From NCBI RefSeq assembly GCF_009834535.1, contig NC_045717.1, forward strand, positions 26,164,001-26,228,000: a stretch of 64,000 nucleotides of DNA, read 5' to 3'. Numbering within the stretch: position 1 is the stretch's first letter; every line of letters begins with the position of its first letter. A program made the position numbers and the translations under genes. The notes under the pieces are model-generated. The model worked only from the letters and a program-made list of their open reading frames with translations, ran no database searches and was not told the DNA's origin. Below, in pieces: positions 60,301 to 64,000 of the stretch. The DNA is from Camelus ferus. Taxonomy: Eukaryota.

Positions 60301-60514
60301 GGGCCGCGGCCACCCCCGGGGCTCCGGTGCGTCAGGGCGCGTCAGGCGGGGCGGGGCGGGCGAGCGCGGGCGGCGGCGGCGGCGGCGGCGCGCAGGCTCC
60401 TCCTCCTCCTCCTCCCCTCCTCCCGCACTCTAGCAGCCGCCGCCGGCCGGACGGGCGCTTCTCCCGCCGCCTCTGCTCCGCCCGCTCGGCCTGCGCCGCG
60501 TGCCCCTGCCTGGC

Positions 60515-60965
60515 ATGTCGGCAGCCGTGGCGTGTGTGGATTACTTCGCCGCCGACGTGCTCATGGCCATCTCTTCGGGCGCCGTGGTGCACCGCGGGCG
60601 GCCGGGCCCCGAGGGCGCGGGCCCGGCCGCCGGCGCTGGATGTGGCGCGCGCGCGCGCGAGGCCGCCCCGCCCGGGCCCCCGGGGCCGCCACCGGCGGCC
60701 CCCGCCGTCCCGGGCCTGGGCTCCGGCGCCGCCGCGCCCCACCTGCTGGCCGCCAGCATCCTGGCCGACCTGCGTGGAGGGCCCGGCGCCGCTCCGGGGG
60801 GCGCCTCGCCTGCCTCCTCTTCTTCGGCCGCCTCGTCCCCGTCCTCCAGCCGCGCCCCCGGCGCCGCGCCCGCCGCCGCCAAGAGTCACCGCTGTCCCTT
60901 CCCAGGCTGCGCCAAGGCGTACTACAAATCCTCCCACCTCAAGTCGCACCTGCGGACGCACACAG
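60515..60965 (+). CDS. KLF16: Kruppel-like factor 16, coding exon 1 (exon 2 lies beyond the window)
   Basis: [22 protein letters not shown] (Sin3-interaction domain, BTEB/KLF9-13-14-16 group) to the first C2H2 finger [26 protein letters not shown]; donor CAG|GTGAGT at 60965/60966, phase 1. The true ATG is 15 nt inside the ORF-track call. Confidence 0.95.
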
Positions 60966-61212
60966 GTGAGTCCGACCACGCGCCTGGCTCGCGCGGGGGA
61001 GGCCTCCCGCGCCCCCTCCCCCGCTGGGACCCCGAAACTGCGTGGCGCTTCGGGGGCGGGGAGGGGGGCGCGCCCGGGCTGCCGCCGCGCCGGCCGGGAG
61101 GGCGGGGCCTTGGTGGGTGGGGCGCGCGCGGGGGGCGTGGCGGCCACGCGGTCGGGTGGCGAGCGGATGGATGGCGGGCGCGGAGGCAGCAACAGGGGCC
61201 CGGAGCGCGGTG

Positions 61213-61255
61213 GGGTCCGCGTGCGGGATCCGCGTGCAGGATCCGCGTGCGGGAT
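61213..61255. repeat. 13-bp tandem repeat (GGATCCGCGTGCR) x3.3 in KLF16 intron 1
   Basis: GGGTCCGCGTGCG GGATCCGCGTGCA GGATCCGCGTGCG GGAT read directly. Confidence 0.85.
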
Positions 61256-63529
61256 GGGGCTCCTGGGCAGTTCCCTTCCCCCTCGGCCTCATTTCCCTTC
61301 TTTTCTATCGGTTTCGGACCTGGGTGGTGGGCACCGTGTTTGAAGCGTGCAGCTTTGAGGTTTTGGTCTTCCCTTGGTTTAGTTTCCTGATCTGTGTGTA
61401 GAAAGGCAGGAGGAACCGCAGAGCCGCCTCCGAGGTGGCCGCAAGGATTCACCCGAGAAGGCAGCGGAGCGCCTGGTGTGGGGCCAGCTTGTGGGGGTGC
61501 CCTGCACGTTTTCCCCCTCTTTTTCTGTATTTTAATAAGGCGGAGGGCGGGGTTGGGAGTGCGGGTTAGAGCCTGAGTCTGGAGAGGAGGGGAACCCCTG
61601 AGGGTGTCACGCTCTCACCGTCTTTCCCTGCGTGCTGCTCCCCTCAACCTGCAGCGGGAGACAGGAAAGCTGGGGGAGCGGTTCGGCGACACGGTTGCGT
61701 CTCATCTCAGCCGGGGGTGGGGGTGGGGGCGCCAGGGGAGCCTGGAAGCAGGGAGCGCCGGCCGCCCTCTCACTGTCACCGCCTCTTTTTCCTCCTGTGG
61801 GTCCTCCCTCGTTTTCCTCATGGGGTCCCCCCGTGAGTCCTGGGAATTCTCTCTTGGAGTGGGGATAGGGCAGGAGAGGGTGGGCCTTGGTTGAGAGGCC
61901 AGGGGAGGAGGGTGGGCTGACACTTGGACTTTGTGGTTCTGCTACTTTGTAGCCCACGACCTACTCTCAGGGTTTTTTTCTCTGTATAAAGGGCCCAGCG
62001 GCCGCTTTCCCCTGAGGGGTCACATTGGGCAACAGGGCGTCTCAGCGTGGCTCCGTGGACCTGCTCCTGCTGTCGGAACAGGGGGAGAGGGTGGGGGAAA
62101 AGAAGAGTTGACCCTGGTGGTGTGGCGGAGACACGGGTGGTCTGACCCCTGAGAGCGGTTTGGACCCCGCAGTGCTGTGCTTTGTTTTGGGGTTTTTCAC
62201 ACTCTGTCCAACTTCTTGGGGCCAGTGAAGCCACTTGCCTCTATGGCTCCCAAAGGACACCTCCCCAGGGTATCCTGGGGTCCTTCAGAACTTTCGCAGG
62301 CCCCCAGGCAGTGTTGGCTGACCCCCTAAGTCCTTGAGAGAGAAAGAACTCCCTGAACATAGATGTCAGTGTTACTGTCTGTTTCTATGGGAAACTGAGG
62401 CCCAGGGGCTGAGTTGGGGTGTCCCAGTGATGACTGGGGGAGGGCAGGGCGCCATGCCCTGATGCCTTGCCCCCCAAGAGACCTATGGTTTTGGATGTGC
62501 TGTCCCGAAGCCCCCTTGATAATAACGATGCCGGGCCCTGGGGGGCATGTGGCTGCTCCTGGGAGTGGGAGTCCTGGACCCAGGCGCCCTTGGTGCTGTT
62601 TCTGGAGGGTTTGGGGCGCTTTCATGCTTAATGCTTGCTAATTCAGCATCTCTCTGTCCCCGAGGATCACCAAGCCCTGCCCAGGGTCAGTGGCAAGATC
62701 TTTTGGTTTTTCCAACCCCCAGGAGTGGGGGCAGCTGCTCTCATGCCCGTTTTGGGGGTGGGGAAGCCAAGGTTGGCTTGGGCCTCTCAAGGTTAAAGTA
62801 GTGTTGCCCACTGCTGGGGGCAGGCCTGGGGACAGATCTGAAGAGGTGTCTTAATTAGATGCTAGCTGTCTGCTGAGCCATTGTCCCCTGAGGGCCTTTG
62901 GGTAGGGAGTTCTGTCACACATACTTCTACCCGAACTCCCATCCTGGCCTGGCCCCATTTTACAGATGAGCAAACAGGTACAGCAGGAGCCAGGCTGAGT
63001 GTGGTCCCCCATCATCCCTGCTCCATTTGGCACAGAGGTTGGTGTCGGGAGGCCAGGAGGGGCAATGGGGTCTCTTCACAGGGCCACCCAGCTGCAGCAG
63101 AGCAGGGCGGGCTGTCTTCTAGTCCCCTGTGTCTGGCCCACAGCCCCTGGCCCAGAATGAGCTCTCCTGCCTCCAGCGTGGGGCCGGGAAAGACTTGGAA
63201 GCTGCAGGAGATGTTGACGCGGTTGCCTTGGATACCGAGAGGGAGAGGGAGGGAGGTGGGGCGGGGGTGGAGGAGAGGCTGGCTGTCTACTTGCTCTCCC
63301 AACCTCCTTCATCTCCGGACTGTTCCCCCGCCCCAAAGCCCCCAGTGCCCAGCACCTTCTAGGGGGCTCAGGCCTCCTCCCTGAAGAAGCTCAGATCTGG
63401 AGGTGGAGCTGCTAGTCTAGGGTCTCCCCCTAGACTTTGAGGCTGGGTCATTCTTGGTGTGGGGCCTCCTGACCACTGTGGGGTGTTGAGCAGCCTCCCT
63501 GACTCCCACCCAATGCCAGGAGCACCCCC

Positions 63530-63700
63530 AGTTGTGACAATGACAGATGTCCTCAGACATCACGTAGTGCCCCCTGGAGAGTCGTGGGATCACTGTCAGT
63601 TGAGATGCCCTGTAAAACCTTGCCTAACCGTTTACTGTGTGGGAGGCACTTTGGGGATGACCGAGTCCCTGTCCCCTGGGACTCCCAGAATATTGCAGGG
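63530..63700 (-). mobile_element. MER20 fragment
   Basis: CCCAGTTGTGACAATGACAGATGTCCTCAGACATCA..GCCCCTGG is the reverse complement of the MER20 5' part. Confidence 0.6.
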
Positions 63701-64000
63701 GGTGGTGACAGTAGCGGGATGGAGGAAAAGGCTTCCTGGAGGAAGAGGCATCTCAGCTTACACCATGGTGTCAGGTGGAACAGGGAAGGGTGTGTCCTGG
63801 GAGAGGGGACAGCACCCTGGCTGCAGGGGGTGGGGACAGGGCCTCGGGGTGTGGATTTGGAGGACCAGGCTGTCATATGAGGTGGGGAGGGGGCCGAGTA
63901 GGTGTCTGTTCTATTTAATCCCAAGGGCAGGGTAGGGGTGGGCGGGGAGGCAGGCCCAGCTTTGCAGAGGAAAATCCGTTTATGAGGAAGGGATTAGGGT

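Larger units (their letters stand above)
59150..61550. promoter_or_regulatory. Large CpG island and promoter of KLF16
   Basis: Many GC boxes; E-boxes CACGTG 59717-59722 and 59764-59769; CTCF-like GCGCCAGGGGGCGG 59921-59934; (GGC)n at about 60369-60390. Confidence 0.85.

Noticed and set aside
60064-61343. Overlapping ORFs of 301, 392 and 286 aa around KLF16 exon 1
   Set aside because: Alternative frames of a very GC-rich island with non-ATG starts; only the 60515 frame has the SID and zinc finger. The ORF-track extension past 60965 is intron read-through.
1-64000. CRISPR arrays, rRNA, snoRNA or miRNA genes
   Set aside because: No repeat-spacer array, rRNA-like segment, paired C/D or H/ACA structure, or convincing precursor hairpin was seen by eye; an Infernal/Rfam scan would be needed to exclude small RNAs.

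Overview
GC-rich mammalian genomic window, very probably camelid: it carries 12 copies of a tRNA-Ala-derived SINE of the camelid vic-1 type. Gene order matches the inverted human 19p13.3 block. From left to right: (1) intron 1, non-coding exon 1 and CpG-island promoter of CSNK1G2 (minus; identified mainly by synteny); (2) SCAMP4 (minus; complete 230-aa CDS over 6 coding exons); (3) ADAT3 (minus; 351 aa), nested in SCAMP4 intron 1 and sharing its first exon; (4) ABHD17A (plus; 4 coding exons, two N-gaps, apparent +1 frameshift in exon 2); (5) exon 1 of KLF16 (plus; apparent compensated double frameshift). Introns and intergenic DNA are filled with MLT1/MLT2 LTRs, L1/L2/MIR fragments, MER20 and other DNA-transposon relics. 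This is a draft assembly with three N-gaps, so indel anomalies may be errors. Best leads: an unassigned CpG-island promoter with a perfect splice donor 8 kb upstream of KLF16; an orphan double-CCAAT CpG island with exon-like units; two strong-context upstream ORFs in the ABHD17A leader; the out-of-frame counterpart of the human ADAT3 N-terminal extension; possible A34/A37 editing footprints in tRNA-Ala SINE copies; and ancient L1/MLT1 copies sharing derived GC-rich haplotypes. No prokaryote-type systems (CRISPR, rRNA, true tRNA genes) are supported. Human/mouse comparisons are from recall and were not database-checked.
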